64,000 bases of DNA from Escherichia coli (GTDB lineage Bacteria; Pseudomonadota; Gammaproteobacteria; Enterobacterales; Enterobacteriaceae), in assembly GCF_965641715.1 (NCBI RefSeq), contig NZ_OZ282453.1. The stretch is one strand, 5' to 3'. Positions within the stretch are counted from its first letter, which is position 1. Every line of letters begins with the position of its first letter. Positions 27,962 to 37,526 of the stretch are shown here, in pieces. The notes under the pieces were generated by a model, which did not search any database, was not told the origin of the DNA, and was given only the letters and a program-made list of their open reading frames with translations. A program made the translations under genes and the position numbers.

Positions 27962-28507
27962 ATGAAATCGAAAGACGAAATTTTTGATGTCGTTCTTGGC
28001 AAAGAAGGCGGCTACGTCAATCACCCGGATGACAGAGGCGGTCCGACAAAATGGGGCATCACTGAAAAGGTGGCACGGGCGCACGGATACCGTGGCGATA
28101 TGCGTGATTTAACTCGCGGACAGGCACTGGAAATCCTTGAAGCTGATTACTGGTACGGACCGCGTTTTGATCAGATAGCGAAGCTGTCCCCGGATATTGC
28201 CGCAGAACTGTGTGACACCGGAGTAAATATGGGGCCGTCTGTGGCAACCAGAATGCTTCAGCGCTGGCTGAACGTATTCAATCAGGGCGGGAAACTGTAT
28301 CCCGATATGGACACGGACGGACGCACTGGCCCACGCACGATTAACGCATTGCGTGCATATCTGGAAAAACGCGGTCGGGACGGCGAGATGGTGATGTTGT
28401 CTGCAATGAACTGTACGCAGGGCGAACGCTATCTGGAGCTGGCAGAGAAACGCGAGGCTAACGAGTCGTTTGTCTATGGCTGGATGAAAGAACGTGTAGC
28501 CCTGTAA
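27962..28507 (+). CDS. Endolysin: GH108-type muramidase with a C-terminal peptidoglycan-binding domain
   Basis: N-terminal KEGGYVNHPDDRGGPTKWGIT (GH108 EGGY motif); 181 aa. Confidence 0.8.
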   Translation: MKSKDEIFDVVLGKEGGYVNHPDDRGGPTKWGITEKVARAHGYRGDMRDLTRGQALEILEADYWYGPRFDQIAKLSPDIAAELCDTGVNMGPSVATRMLQRWLNVFNQGGKLYPDMDTDGRTGPRTINALRAYLEKRGRDGEMVMLSAMNCTQGERYLELAEKREANESFVYGWMKERVAL

Positions 28508-28547
28508 CCTCATGAACTGCAACAAGTGAATAACGAGGACAACAACC

Positions 28548-29015
28548 ATGCTGAAAACTGATTCCCTGCGTGAAGCCATGACCCGTTCATGCCGATGGTG
28601 TCAGGCCAACCCGGAAAAATTCACCATTTTCGTGGAGAGCGGCAACATTGAAACGACCGGAGAAACGCCCTCGTTTGTTTACCGCTATCAGATGGTGATG
28701 TTTGTCATGGATTACGCCGGAGAGCTGGACGACCTCACGCTGCCGCTGCTGGCGTGGTTATCCGAAAATCAGCCACAGTTGTTGCTTAATCCGGAGTGTA
28801 ATCAGGACATCAAATTTTCCGCCGTTATCAATGACGATGACAGCGCCGATCTCCTGTTTACGCTCCCCCTGCGGGAACGCGTTCGCATCACGCGCAACAG
28901 TCAGGGGACACCGCAGGCAGAACACCTGCCGGAGCCAAAACCCCGCCTGCCCTCCTCCGAAGGCGACTGGTCGCATGTATTCCAGGATGTGACGTGGGGT
29001 GAAAGCGATGGATAA
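28548..29015 (+). CDS. R: Tail completion protein (P2 gpR-like)
   Basis: MLKTDSLREAM..., LPLLAWLSENQP versus gpR MLKPDSLRRAL..., VPVLAWLRENQP. Confidence 0.85.
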   Translation: MLKTDSLREAMTRSCRWCQANPEKFTIFVESGNIETTGETPSFVYRYQMVMFVMDYAGELDDLTLPLLAWLSENQPQLLLNPECNQDIKFSAVINDDDSADLLFTLPLRERVRITRNSQGTPQAEHLPEPKPRLPSSEGDWSHVFQDVTWGESDG

Positions 29016-29643
29016 GGCATTCACCCGCGTGGATGAAACCTTTGAGGCCATCCGCGACAGCCTGAATCAGCAGGCCATCAATAACATCGCCAGAAAGCTG
29101 GCACAGGATTTACGCCGCGCCCAGCAGGCGCGCATCCGGTCACAGAAAGCGCCGGACGGGACCGCATGGACACCACGCAGACGCCGCGTAACCCGGATAC
29201 AGGAGCGCATTCGCTTTATCTGGAATAACGAAGCACGCACGCTGAAAAACTGGCATCACGACACGGGGAAATACGGGCGAACCATCACCGGGTGGGATGA
29301 GGATAAAAACAGCATCCGCACGTTTTACCGGGATGACATCGACCGCTTTCTGGAAATACGCACCCGGCGCATCAACCAGGACAGCACCAGGCGCGTCCCC
29401 ATGTTCGTAAAACTGCGCACCGCCCGCTACCTGAAAGCCCGTGCAGATGCTTCCGGTGTGACGGTGGGTTACAGCGGCGTGGCCGCACGTATTGCACGCG
29501 TTCATCAGTTCGGTGAGCGCGATCAGGTTGCGCCGGGCATTTTCACCGATTACCCGGTACGTGAGCTGCTGGGTATCAGCCAGGCAGATGAGCGCCTGAT
29601 TTATAACACGGTGCTGGGCCGGATTGCGGAGGCTGTACGGTGA
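29008..29643 (+). CDS. S: Tail completion / virion morphogenesis protein (P2 gpS-like)
   Basis: Position after R; ATG 29008 overlaps the R stop. Confidence 0.7.
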   Translation: MDKAFTRVDETFEAIRDSLNQQAINNIARKLAQDLRRAQQARIRSQKAPDGTAWTPRRRRVTRIQERIRFIWNNEARTLKNWHHDTGKYGRTITGWDEDKNSIRTFYRDDIDRFLEIRTRRINQDSTRRVPMFVKLRTARYLKARADASGVTVGYSGVAARIARVHQFGERDQVAPGIFTDYPVRELLGISQADERLIYNTVLGRIAEAVR

Positions 29644-30221
29644 GCGCAGAACTCATGCGGCTACTGAGCAATATCATCCGCACCGGGATCATCTCTGAAG
29701 TTGATGAGAAGTCCTGGCGCGTGCGCGTTCGCAGCGGCGAACTGGAAACAGGCTGGTTGCGCTGGAACACCACGCGCGCGGGAGCCTTCAATGTGTGGCT
29801 GCCGCCATCACCAGGCGAACAGGTGGTCATTGCCTGCATTGGCGGCAACCCGGAAACCGCCATGATAATTGGCAGCCTGTGGAGTGATGCCATTCCGGCC
29901 CCAGGCAAAAGCCTGAAAGAAATCGTGGTCAGCGCGCCGGATGGCGCGGTGTTCCGCTACGACGCAGACGCAGGCGCACTGAGCGCCAGCGGCATGAAAA
30001 CGGCCACCCTGCAGGCATCCGTCAGTGTGACACTGGACACGCCTGTCGTGGAATGCACAGACCTTCTGAGAACAGCGACGCTTGACGTCACAAAAGGGGG
30101 AAAGATGAGCGGCAATATCACGCACAGCGGCGGCGATTTCACCTCAAACGGCATCACAGTGCATACGCATAAACACGGTGGCGTTAAAGGTGGCAGCGAT
30201 TCGACAGGAGGCCCGCAGTGA
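29640..30221 (+). CDS. V: Baseplate central spike (P2 gpV-like)
   Basis: 193 aa; GTGA overlap with S; C-terminal HTHKHGGVKGG apex motif. Confidence 0.85.
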   Translation: MSAELMRLLSNIIRTGIISEVDEKSWRVRVRSGELETGWLRWNTTRAGAFNVWLPPSPGEQVVIACIGGNPETAMIIGSLWSDAIPAPGKSLKEIVVSAPDGAVFRYDADAGALSASGMKTATLQASVSVTLDTPVVECTDLLRTATLDVTKGGKMSGNITHSGGDFTSNGITVHTHKHGGVKGGSDSTGGPQ

Positions 30222-30568
30222 CAACCCGCTACACAGGAATGAACCCGGACGGGACGGGAAACCTGAACGATATGGAGCACCTGAAACAGTCAGTCAGGGA
30301 CATCCTGATCACCCCGCTGGCAAGCCGGGTTATGCGACGGGAATATGGCAGCCTTGTGCCTGATTTAATTGACGAACCCATGAATAACACCACGCGTCTG
30401 CAATGCATGAGTGCTGCCGTGATTGCACTGACGCGATGGGAACCCCGCATTGCCCTGGATGCCATCGACGTTGTCTGGAAAGCAGGAGGCCGCGCCGGGG
30501 TGACGCTGTCGGGTACTGTCATGCAGACCATGCAGAATGTTGAATTAACCATCACGCTGAGGGAGTAA
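30218..30568 (+). CDS. W: Baseplate wedge protein (P2 gpW / gp25-like)
   Basis: 116 aa; SVRDILITPLASRVMRREYGS GPW/gp25 signature. Confidence 0.85.
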   Translation: MTTRYTGMNPDGTGNLNDMEHLKQSVRDILITPLASRVMRREYGSLVPDLIDEPMNNTTRLQCMSAAVIALTRWEPRIALDAIDVVWKAGGRAGVTLSGTVMQTMQNVELTITLRE

Positions 30569-30571
30569 ATC

Positions 30572-31468
30572 ATGCCTGCCGTTGACCTTTCCCAGTTACC
30601 GGAACCCGCCATCATCGCGGAGCCTGACTTTGAAGCAATTCTGGCTGACACAAAGGCCATGATGATTGCGGCTTATCCCGCCGAACAGCGTGAAGCCGTC
30701 TCCGCCGCGCTGGAGCTGGAATCGGAACCCCTGAACGTTATCGCTCAAACCATGTCGTTTCGTGAAATGCTGTTACGCCAGCGGGTTAACGAGGGCGCAC
30801 GCGCCTGCATGTTGAGCCACAGCACCGGAACAGACCTGGACAACCTCGCGGGCAATATGAACACAAAGCGCCTGGTTATCACTCCGGCAACGGATACCAC
30901 CGACGCGGTGATGGAGAGCGACACCTCGCTGAGACTGCGGGCGCAACGGGCGTATGATGGTCTGAGTGTTGCTGGCCCGTCAGGCGCATACGAGTATTTT
31001 GCACGCAGCGCCAGCGGTCTGGTGCGCGATGCGCGGGCCATCAGCCCGTCTCCGGCCAACGTGACGGTTTCCATCCTGTCCACTGAGGGCGACGGCACAG
31101 CAACGGAGGCGTTGCTTAATACCGTTCGCGCCGTTCTGAATGCAGAGGATACCCGCCCGGTGGCCGACCGCCTGACCGTACAGAGTGCCAGAATCGTGAC
31201 ATGGCGGCTGAATGCAAAACTGTACTTTTACCCCGGCCCGGAATCCGAACCTATTCTGGCGGCGGCTGAATCGTCGTTCAGGAAGTGGCTGGCTGAGCAG
31301 GGGCTTATCGGTCAGGACGTGGCGTTGTCCGCCATTGCTGCCGCACTGCATGTGCACGGTGTGCAACGCGTGGAGATAATCGAACCCACACAGAATCTGG
31401 CCATCAGCGACATACAGGCGGCGCGCTGTGAGTCATTCACCATCAGCGAAGGTGGGCGCAATGAGTAA
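30572..31468 (+). CDS. J: Baseplate wedge protein (P2 gpJ-like)
   Basis: 298-aa ORF in V-W-J-I order. Confidence 0.85.
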   Translation: MPAVDLSQLPEPAIIAEPDFEAILADTKAMMIAAYPAEQREAVSAALELESEPLNVIAQTMSFREMLLRQRVNEGARACMLSHSTGTDLDNLAGNMNTKRLVITPATDTTDAVMESDTSLRLRAQRAYDGLSVAGPSGAYEYFARSASGLVRDARAISPSPANVTVSILSTEGDGTATEALLNTVRAVLNAEDTRPVADRLTVQSARIVTWRLNAKLYFYPGPESEPILAAAESSFRKWLAEQGLIGQDVALSAIAAALHVHGVQRVEIIEPTQNLAISDIQAARCESFTISEGGRNE

Positions 31469-31991
31469 TTCACTGTTACCGCCATCAGCCAGCCGTTTCA
31501 TGCGTTGCGCCGAAGCTGTCGGAGCGCGCATTACAGACATCCCGGTAGACCTCAACACGCTGTGGTCACCGGACACCTGCCCGGTGCATTTGCTGCCTTA
31601 TCTCGCCTGGGCATTTTCCGTTGACCGCTGGGATCGCAACTGGCCGGAAGAGACAAAGCGACAGGTGATTCGTGATGCATGGCTGATACACCGACACAAA
31701 GGGACCATCAGCGCACTGCGCCGGGCCATTGAGCCGCTGGGATACCTCATTCGCGTGTCTGAGTGGTGGGAGTTCGACGGAGAACCGGGAACATTTACCG
31801 TTGAAGTCGGCACGCTGGACAGTGGCGTGACGGAGGAAATGTATCTGGAAATGGAGCGGTTGATTGCTGATGCCCGCCCGGTCAGCCGCCACATGACAGG
31901 GCTGAATATCATTCAGGAGATCCCGGGAGATATTTTCGCGGCGGCAGCAACTTACGACGGTGAAGTCATTACCATTTATCCGGACGATTAA
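31461..31991 (+). CDS. I: Baseplate/tail protein (P2 gpI-like)
   Basis: 176 aa from ATG 31461 (ATGAGTAA overlap with J). Confidence 0.8.
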   Translation: MSNSLLPPSASRFMRCAEAVGARITDIPVDLNTLWSPDTCPVHLLPYLAWAFSVDRWDRNWPEETKRQVIRDAWLIHRHKGTISALRRAIEPLGYLIRVSEWWEFDGEPGTFTVEVGTLDSGVTEEMYLEMERLIADARPVSRHMTGLNIIQEIPGDIFAAAATYDGEVITIYPDD

Positions 31992-31993
31992 GC

Positions 31994-34288
31994 ATGAGTA
32001 CCACAACACGAAAATTTAAAACCGTTATCACCGATACGGGTGCAAAAAAATTAGCTCAGGCAGCCGCGCCAGATGGTAAGCCTGTCCGCCTGACTCATAT
32101 GGCCGTGGGCGACGGTGGCGGCACGTTGCCCACACCAGACAGTAAGCAGACCCGTCTGGTGCATGAGGTGTGGCGACACACTGTTAATCGCGTCATCCTG
32201 GACGCAACACATCAGAACCGCATTATTGCGGAGCTGGTTATTCCTCCAGAAACGGGCGGATTCTGGATCCGGGAAATTGGTGTGTTTGATGAGCACGGCG
32301 ATTTAATCGCAGTAGGCAATACTGCCGAAAGTTACAAGCCAACCGTTGCCGAAGGGTCAGGACGTGCACAAACATTTCGCACCATTCTGACCGTATCCAG
32401 CACTGCCACCGTGGCGCTTACCGTGGATAACACCATGGTAATGGCCACAGTGGATTACGTGGATGACAAACTGAAAGAGCATGAACACTCACGACGTCAC
32501 CCGGACGCCTCGCTGACCGCAAAAGGCTTTGTTCAACTTAGCAGCGCCACTAACAGCACGTCTGAAACGCTTGCGGCAACGCCAAAGGCTGTTAAGGCGG
32601 CATATGACCTGGCTAATGGCAAATACACCGCACAGGACGCTACCACTGCGCGAAAAGGGATAGTTCAGCTCAGTAGCGCCACCAACAGCACGTCTGAAAC
32701 GCAGGCTGCAACGCCGAAAGCAGTAAAGGCCGCGTATGACCTTGCTAACGCAAAATATACCGCTCAGGACGCCACGACGGCACAAAAAGGGATAGTCCAG
32801 CTCAGTAGTGCCACCAACAGCACGTCTGAAACACTGGCCGCGACATCGAAAGCGGTTAAGGCGGTAATGGATGAAACGAACAAGAAAGCGCCCTTAAACA
32901 GTCCTGCGCTGACCGGAACGCCAACAACGCCAACTGCGCGACAGGGAACGAATAATACCCAAATCGCAAGCACGGCTTTCGTTATGGCTGCGATTGCCGC
33001 CCTTGTAGATTCGTCACCTGACGCACTGAATACGCTGAACGAGTTAGCGGCGGCGCTGGGAAACGACCCGAATTTTGCGACCACCATGACTAACGCGCTT
33101 GCGGGTAAGCAACCGAAAGATGCCACCCTGACGGCGCTGGCCGGGCTTGCTACTGCGGCAGACAGGTTTCCGTATTTTACGGGGAATGATGTCGCCAGCC
33201 TGGCAACCCTGACAAAAGTCGGGCGGGATATTCTTGCGAAATCGACCGTTGCTGCCGTTATCGAATACCTCGGTTTACAGGAAACGGTAAACAGGGCTGG
33301 TAACGCCGTGCAAAAAAATGGCGATACTTTGTCCGGTGGGCTTACTTTTGAAAATGACTCAATCCTTGCCTGGATTCGAAATACTGACTGGGCGAAGATT
33401 GGATTTAAAAATGATGCCGATGGTGACACTGATTCATACATGTGGTTTGAGACAGGCGACAACGGCAATGAATATTTCAAATGGAGAAGCAAACAAAGCA
33501 CCACAACAAAAGACCTGATGAATCTTAAATGGGATGCTTTGTATGTTCTTGTTAAAGCTCTTTTCAGCAGTGAAGTAAAAATATCGACAGTCAATGCACT
33601 GAGGATATTTAATTCATCTTTTGGTGCCATTTTTCGCCGTTCTGAAGAATGCCTGCATATCATCCCTACACGAGAGAATGAGGGGGAAAATGGTAATATA
33701 GGGCCACTACGTCCCTTTACGCTTAATCTCAGAACTGGCCGCATAACTATGGGGCATGGTCTGGATGTTACAGGAGATATAACAACTAACGCCTGGGTGT
33801 ATGCAAACAGGTTTGCTATTAATAGTGGCTCAACCTCATGGATTGATATGCGAAACCAGAATGTCATTTTTGGTAGAAACGCAGTATCAACAAGTTCTGC
33901 GCAGGCTTTGTTAAGACAAGACCATGCAGAACGCAAATTTTTTGTCGGTGGACTTGGTAACTACCAGTTTGGTTTTTACATGATTAATAACTCAAGGACA
34001 GCCAATGGCACCGATGGTCAGGCGTACATGGACAATAACGGTAACTGGCTTTGTGGCTCGCAAGTTATTCCTGGCAACTATGGCAATTTTGATTCCAGAT
34101 ATGTGAGAGATGTTCGCCTGGGTACGCGAGTTGTTCAATTGATGGCGCGTGGTGGTCGTTATGAAAAAGCCGGACACGCAATTACCGGATTAAGAATCAT
34201 TGGTGAAGTAGATGGCGATGATGAAGCCATCTTCAGGCCAATACAAAAATACATCAATGGCACATGGTATAACGTCGCACAGGTGTAA
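31994..34288 (+). CDS. H: Tail fibre protein (P2 gpH-like N-terminus fused to a Mu S / P1 S-type invertible C-terminus)
   Basis: 764 aa; 3 x 44-aa fibre repeats; crossover site at 33258-33283; C-terminal ...FRPIQKYINGTWYNVAQV. Confidence 0.9.
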   Translation: MSTTTRKFKTVITDTGAKKLAQAAAPDGKPVRLTHMAVGDGGGTLPTPDSKQTRLVHEVWRHTVNRVILDATHQNRIIAELVIPPETGGFWIREIGVFDEHGDLIAVGNTAESYKPTVAEGSGRAQTFRTILTVSSTATVALTVDNTMVMATVDYVDDKLKEHEHSRRHPDASLTAKGFVQLSSATNSTSETLAATPKAVKAAYDLANGKYTAQDATTARKGIVQLSSATNSTSETQAATPKAVKAAYDLANAKYTAQDATTAQKGIVQLSSATNSTSETLAATSKAVKAVMDETNKKAPLNSPALTGTPTTPTARQGTNNTQIASTAFVMAAIAALVDSSPDALNTLNELAAALGNDPNFATTMTNALAGKQPKDATLTALAGLATAADRFPYFTGNDVASLATLTKVGRDILAKSTVAAVIEYLGLQETVNRAGNAVQKNGDTLSGGLTFENDSILAWIRNTDWAKIGFKNDADGDTDSYMWFETGDNGNEYFKWRSKQSTTTKDLMNLKWDALYVLVKALFSSEVKISTVNALRIFNSSFGAIFRRSEECLHIIPTRENEGENGNIGPLRPFTLNLRTGRITMGHGLDVTGDITTNAWVYANRFAINSGSTSWIDMRNQNVIFGRNAVSTSSAQALLRQDHAERKFFVGGLGNYQFGFYMINNSRTANGTDGQAYMDNNGNWLCGSQVIPGNYGNFDSRYVRDVRLGTRVVQLMARGGRYEKAGHAITGLRIIGEVDGDDEAIFRPIQKYINGTWYNVAQV
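32519..32890 (+). repeat. Three tandem 132-bp (44-aa) tail-fibre repeats
   Basis: KG(F/I)VQLSSATNSTSET-AAT-KAVKA-YDLAN-KYTAQDATTA repeats starting at 32522, 32654 and 32786. Confidence 0.85.
33258..33283 (+). repeat. Left recombination site (gix/cix-like)
   Basis: ttatcgaatacctcggtttacaggaa; close to the remembered gix sequence TTATCCAAAACCTCGGTTTACAGGAA. Confidence 0.8.
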
Positions 34289-34819
34289 ATGATGCAGCAT
34301 TTAAAAAATATTAAGTCTGGAAATCCTAAAACGAAAGAACAATATCAGCTAACAAAGAATTTTGATGTTATCTGGTTATGGTCCGAAGACGATAAAAACT
34401 GGTATGAGGAAGTGAAAAACTTTCAGCCAGACACAATAAAGATTGTTTACGATGCAAATAATATTATTGTCGCCATCACTAAAGATGCCTCCACGCTTAA
34501 CCCTGAAGGTTTTAGCGTCGTTGAGGTTCCTGATATTACAGCCAACCGCCGCGCTGATGATTCAGGAAAGTGGATGTTTAAGGATGGAGCTGTAGTTAAA
34601 CGGATTTATACGGCAGACGAACAGCAACAACAAGGCGAATCACAAAAGGCCGCATTGCTTTCCGAAGCTGAATCAGTCATCCAGCCGCTGGAACGCGCTG
34701 TCAGGCTGAATATGGCAACAGACGAGGAACGCACACGACTGGAAGCATGGGAACGCTACAGTGTTCTGGTCAGCCGTGTGGATACGGCAAATCCTGAATG
34801 GCCACAAAAGCCTGAATAA
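34289..34819 (+). CDS. G: Tail fibre assembly chaperone (P2 gpG / Mu U-like), expressed orientation
   Basis: 176 aa, directly follows H. Confidence 0.85.
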   Translation: MMQHLKNIKSGNPKTKEQYQLTKNFDVIWLWSEDDKNWYEEVKNFQPDTIKIVYDANNIIVAITKDASTLNPEGFSVVEVPDITANRRADDSGKWMFKDGAVVKRIYTADEQQQQGESQKAALLSEAESVIQPLERAVRLNMATDEERTRLEAWERYSVLVSRVDTANPEWPQKPE

Positions 34820-34847
34820 AAATTAAGGCCCGCGATCGGGCCTTGTC

Positions 34848-35381
34848 TCATTCAGGTTGTTCGGGAAATGTTACTGGCAGGCTGGAGGTGTCTGTAGATT
34901 CGACTTTCTGCGCATAGAGCATCCACTCGGTTAATTTTTGTTTATTCTCGTCGGAAATGATGCCCAGCCGTAGCTGTGAGTCCCATAGCTGGGTTTTATC
35001 CCTAACGAGCTGTAGCAGGCTTTGCTTTTCATTTTCCGCCTGCTGCCTCTGCTCTTCCTCGGTATAAGTTCGCTTTACCACTACGCCATCTTTGAACATC
35101 CATTTACCAGAAATATCAGCCCGGCGATTTGCTGTAATATCAGGAACCTCAACGACGCTTGCGCCTTCTGGATTAATTGCTGAAACATCCTTTTCAATAC
35201 AAATAATAACGTTGTTGTGGTCATAGACCATTTTCAACGTATCAGGCTGAAAGTTCTTTTGTTCCTCATACCAGTTTTTCCCATCCTCTGTATAAAGCCA
35301 TTTGATGTTAAATTGTTTCGTTAGCTGGTATTGCTCTTTTGTTTTAGGGTTGCCAGCAGTAATATTTTTTAAGTGCATCAT
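34848..35381 (-). CDS. Alternative tail fibre assembly chaperone (U'-like), silent orientation
   Basis: 177 aa; N-terminal ~110 aa nearly identical to 34289..34819; divergent C-terminus. Confidence 0.85.
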   Translation of the reverse strand: MMHLKNITAGNPKTKEQYQLTKQFNIKWLYTEDGKNWYEEQKNFQPDTLKMVYDHNNVIICIEKDVSAINPEGASVVEVPDITANRRADISGKWMFKDGVVVKRTYTEEEQRQQAENEKQSLLQLVRDKTQLWDSQLRLGIISDENKQKLTEWMLYAQKVESTDTSSLPVTFPEQPE

Positions 35382-35383
35382 AA

Positions 35384-36335
35384 TTAAATACTCCCCGCGT
35401 TATACCACGTCCCATTAATGCAATACTGAATTGGCCTTGCCTGAGTTGTATCAATTAATTCATCACGGTTTCCGTTAACTGAACCCGTAACGACATAACC
35501 TGACCTGTCAGACCAGCCGGGACCATTCCATGTCTGAACAGATGACAGACCGCCAAGGCGAATACCTGTAATAAACCTTGAGTTACATTCTGCCTGCGTG
35601 TATGCACCAACATCTCCCGCAGAGGGTTTGCGGGTCGTGGTGTAAAACTCTGACCAGTTAGCCTCAAATCCATAACCATCACGCGCTGAACGATAAAAAA
35701 TACCGCCGTTCCTGTAATTCACGCGGAACTGTACAGCAGGGCAGCTCCCCGTATTCATATTGAAGTGGAGGATTAATGTCGATGCACCGCTGATATCTGC
35801 ATCATAAACACCGCTATTCCAGTTCCAGCCAACAGCTTTATCATTTGCAACCCTGCTTCCTGTTTGCCCTAAAGCAAATGCAGGCTGCTGGTTTTTCGTG
35901 TTGTAGTCTCTTCGCCAGCCAGGAGCATAAGCATCACCATGATTAATATAAGTGAATTGAGCGTTAGAGGTGCCGCCTCCGGTGGAAGTGCTTGGTGTTG
36001 TTACACGGATGGTCATGGCACCTTTATTACCCATAACCTCAATAACGCAACCTGCAAGATGAATAGTTCCACAGCCAGTATCGGTAATAATTTTATTATT
36101 GCCGTATGACCATGAACATTTGCACATCCAGTATGGGTGATTGAATGCCCCTTGAGAATCCAGCCATTCAATCAATTGTGCCGTTGTCCAGTTCCCTGCC
36201 CCTGTACTAATAGCACTGTGAAAAGCGCGACATGCACCAATATTTTTTGTGAAGGTATCTTTTCCTGGAATATCTGCGCCGTTCTGGTTTTTCTGTAATG
36301 CGCCAGAAGCCTGATTTACCGTTTCTTGTAAACCG
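35384..36335 (-). CDS. Alternative tail-fibre C-terminal segment (S'-like), promoterless and start-less in this orientation
   Basis: Open frame runs from the crossover centre (36335/36336) to the stop at 35384; after inversion it joins the H frame as ...[29 protein letters not shown]... Confidence 0.8.
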
Positions 36336-36348
36336 AGGTTTTAGATAA
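36323..36348 (-). repeat. Right recombination site (gix/cix-like)
   Basis: ttcttgtaaaccgaggttttagataa, the inverted copy of 33258-33283. Confidence 0.8.
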
Positions 36349-36402
36349 TGGCCGTTTCTGACCTGCATGGCATGATTTACGCTTTTGGACGGGAGATTCA
36401 GC

Positions 36403-36990
36403 GTGCTGATTGGCTATGTAAGGGTATCAACAAATGACCAGAATACAGACCTGCAACGAAACGCTCTTGTTTGTGCAGGATGTGAACAAATATTTGAAGA
36501 TAAATTAAGCGGGACAAAGACAGACCGACCGGGATTAAAACGCGCTTTAAAGCGTCTTCAAAAAGGTGACACGCTGGTTGTCTGGAAACTGGATCGCCTC
36601 GGGCGAAGCATGAAACATCTGATTTCTCTCGTCGGGGAACTACGGGAGCGAGGGATTAATTTTCGCAGTCTGACCGACAGCATAGATACATCTTCTCCAA
36701 TGGGGCGTTTTTTCTTCCACGTGATGGGTGCCCTGGCTGAAATGGAACGTGAATTAATTGTTGAACGTACACTGGCCGGACTGGCAGCAGCGCGCGCACG
36801 GGGGCGCACAGGCGGACGTCGCCCGAAGCTGACAAAAGAACAGCATGAGCAAATAGCAAGGCTGATTAAAAACGGTCACGACAGAAAACAACTGGCAATA
36901 ATTTACGGCATTGGTACATCGACGATTTATCGTTACCACCCCGCAGGAGAATCAAGCGGAGCAATAGAGAAGAGTCAGAAAACAAAATAA
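36403..36990 (+). CDS. Serine DNA invertase (Gin/Cin/Hin/Pin family)
   Basis: (GTG)LIGYVRVSTNDQNTDLQRNAL..., catalytic Ser, C-terminal HTH; GTG 36403 follows gggag. Confidence 0.9.
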   Translation: MLIGYVRVSTNDQNTDLQRNALVCAGCEQIFEDKLSGTKTDRPGLKRALKRLQKGDTLVVWKLDRLGRSMKHLISLVGELRERGINFRSLTDSIDTSSPMGRFFFHVMGALAEMERELIVERTLAGLAAARARGRTGGRRPKLTKEQHEQIARLIKNGHDRKQLAIIYGIGTSTIYRYHPAGESSGAIEKSQKTK

Positions 36991-37017
36991 CCGCTAATCT
37001 GACCATTAGCGGTTTTT
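36989..37017 (+). terminator. Intrinsic terminator after the invertase gene
   Basis: aaccgctaat / attagcggtt stem followed by a T run. Confidence 0.7.
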
Positions 37018-37025
37018 GTGTTAAA

Positions 37026-37520
37026 TCAGAACAGCCCTTTAACTGAACTGGCCGCGCTGTTAAGAGATGATGTCACCTTATCTTTGAAGCCGGACAGCAT
37101 ATCGCTGAACGATGAGGATTGCAGGCGCTCCCGCAAATCCTCATCACAGCGTTCAAGGGTCAGTGAAAATTCTATCTTTTTCGCCTTACCGTAGCGATCA
37201 AACTCGGAACGGGTCGTATTCGTTCCGGTCAGGACATACATGCCGTAAATCTGCCCGACACCATCAATCAGAGGCCAGGGGCGTCCTGTATATGCCTGCG
37301 TGGTCAGCAACGAAAGCGACACTTCGCCACCTGTAATTTCAGGATAAAGCACACCAGAAAGAACGATGCGATCATCGCCTGCCCCGATATACTGCCAGCT
37401 TGCTGAACGGTTAACGCGTTCATTTTTCACATGCCGCCAGCTTTTGTTTTGCTGTAACTGCTGATGCGGCAACGTGCGCAGCTCAAAAACAAACATGCCG
37501 TAGATCATCATCATGGCCAT
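37026..37520 (-). CDS. U: Tail protein (P2 gpU-like)
   Basis: FVFELRTLPHQQLQQNKSWRHV...LSGVLYPEITGG versus gpU FVFMLRTVPYQELQYQRSWRHV. Confidence 0.85.
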   Translation of the reverse strand: MAMMMIYGMFVFELRTLPHQQLQQNKSWRHVKNERVNRSASWQYIGAGDDRIVLSGVLYPEITGGEVSLSLLTTQAYTGRPWPLIDGVGQIYGMYVLTGTNTTRSEFDRYGKAKKIEFSLTLERCDEDLRERLQSSSFSDMLSGFKDKVTSSLNSAASSVKGLF

Positions 37521-37526
37521 GACTCC

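Larger units (their letters stand above)
33258..36348. other. Gin/Cin-type invertible segment (~3.1 kb) carrying two alternative fibre C-termini and two chaperones
   Basis: Bounded by inverted 26-bp gix/cix-like sites; the invertase gene abuts the right site. Confidence 0.85.

Noticed and set aside
28702-28992. 96-aa alternate-frame ORF inside gene R, considered as an embedded spanin (Rz1/LysC-like)
   Set aside because: It has no signal peptide, no lipobox Cys context and no TM anchor, and its composition is Cys/Arg-rich and atypical.
32764-33936. 390-aa minus-strand ORF inside the tail fibre gene
   Set aside because: It is antisense to the well-supported H gene, has a Ser/Ala/Val-rich low-complexity translation and has no start context.
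37008-37024. Pseudo-gix half-site (ggtttttgtgttaa) as the breakpoint of the tail-block inversion
   Set aside because: The resemblance is partial, it overlaps the invertase terminator stem, and no partner site was found at the 42.6-kb junction.
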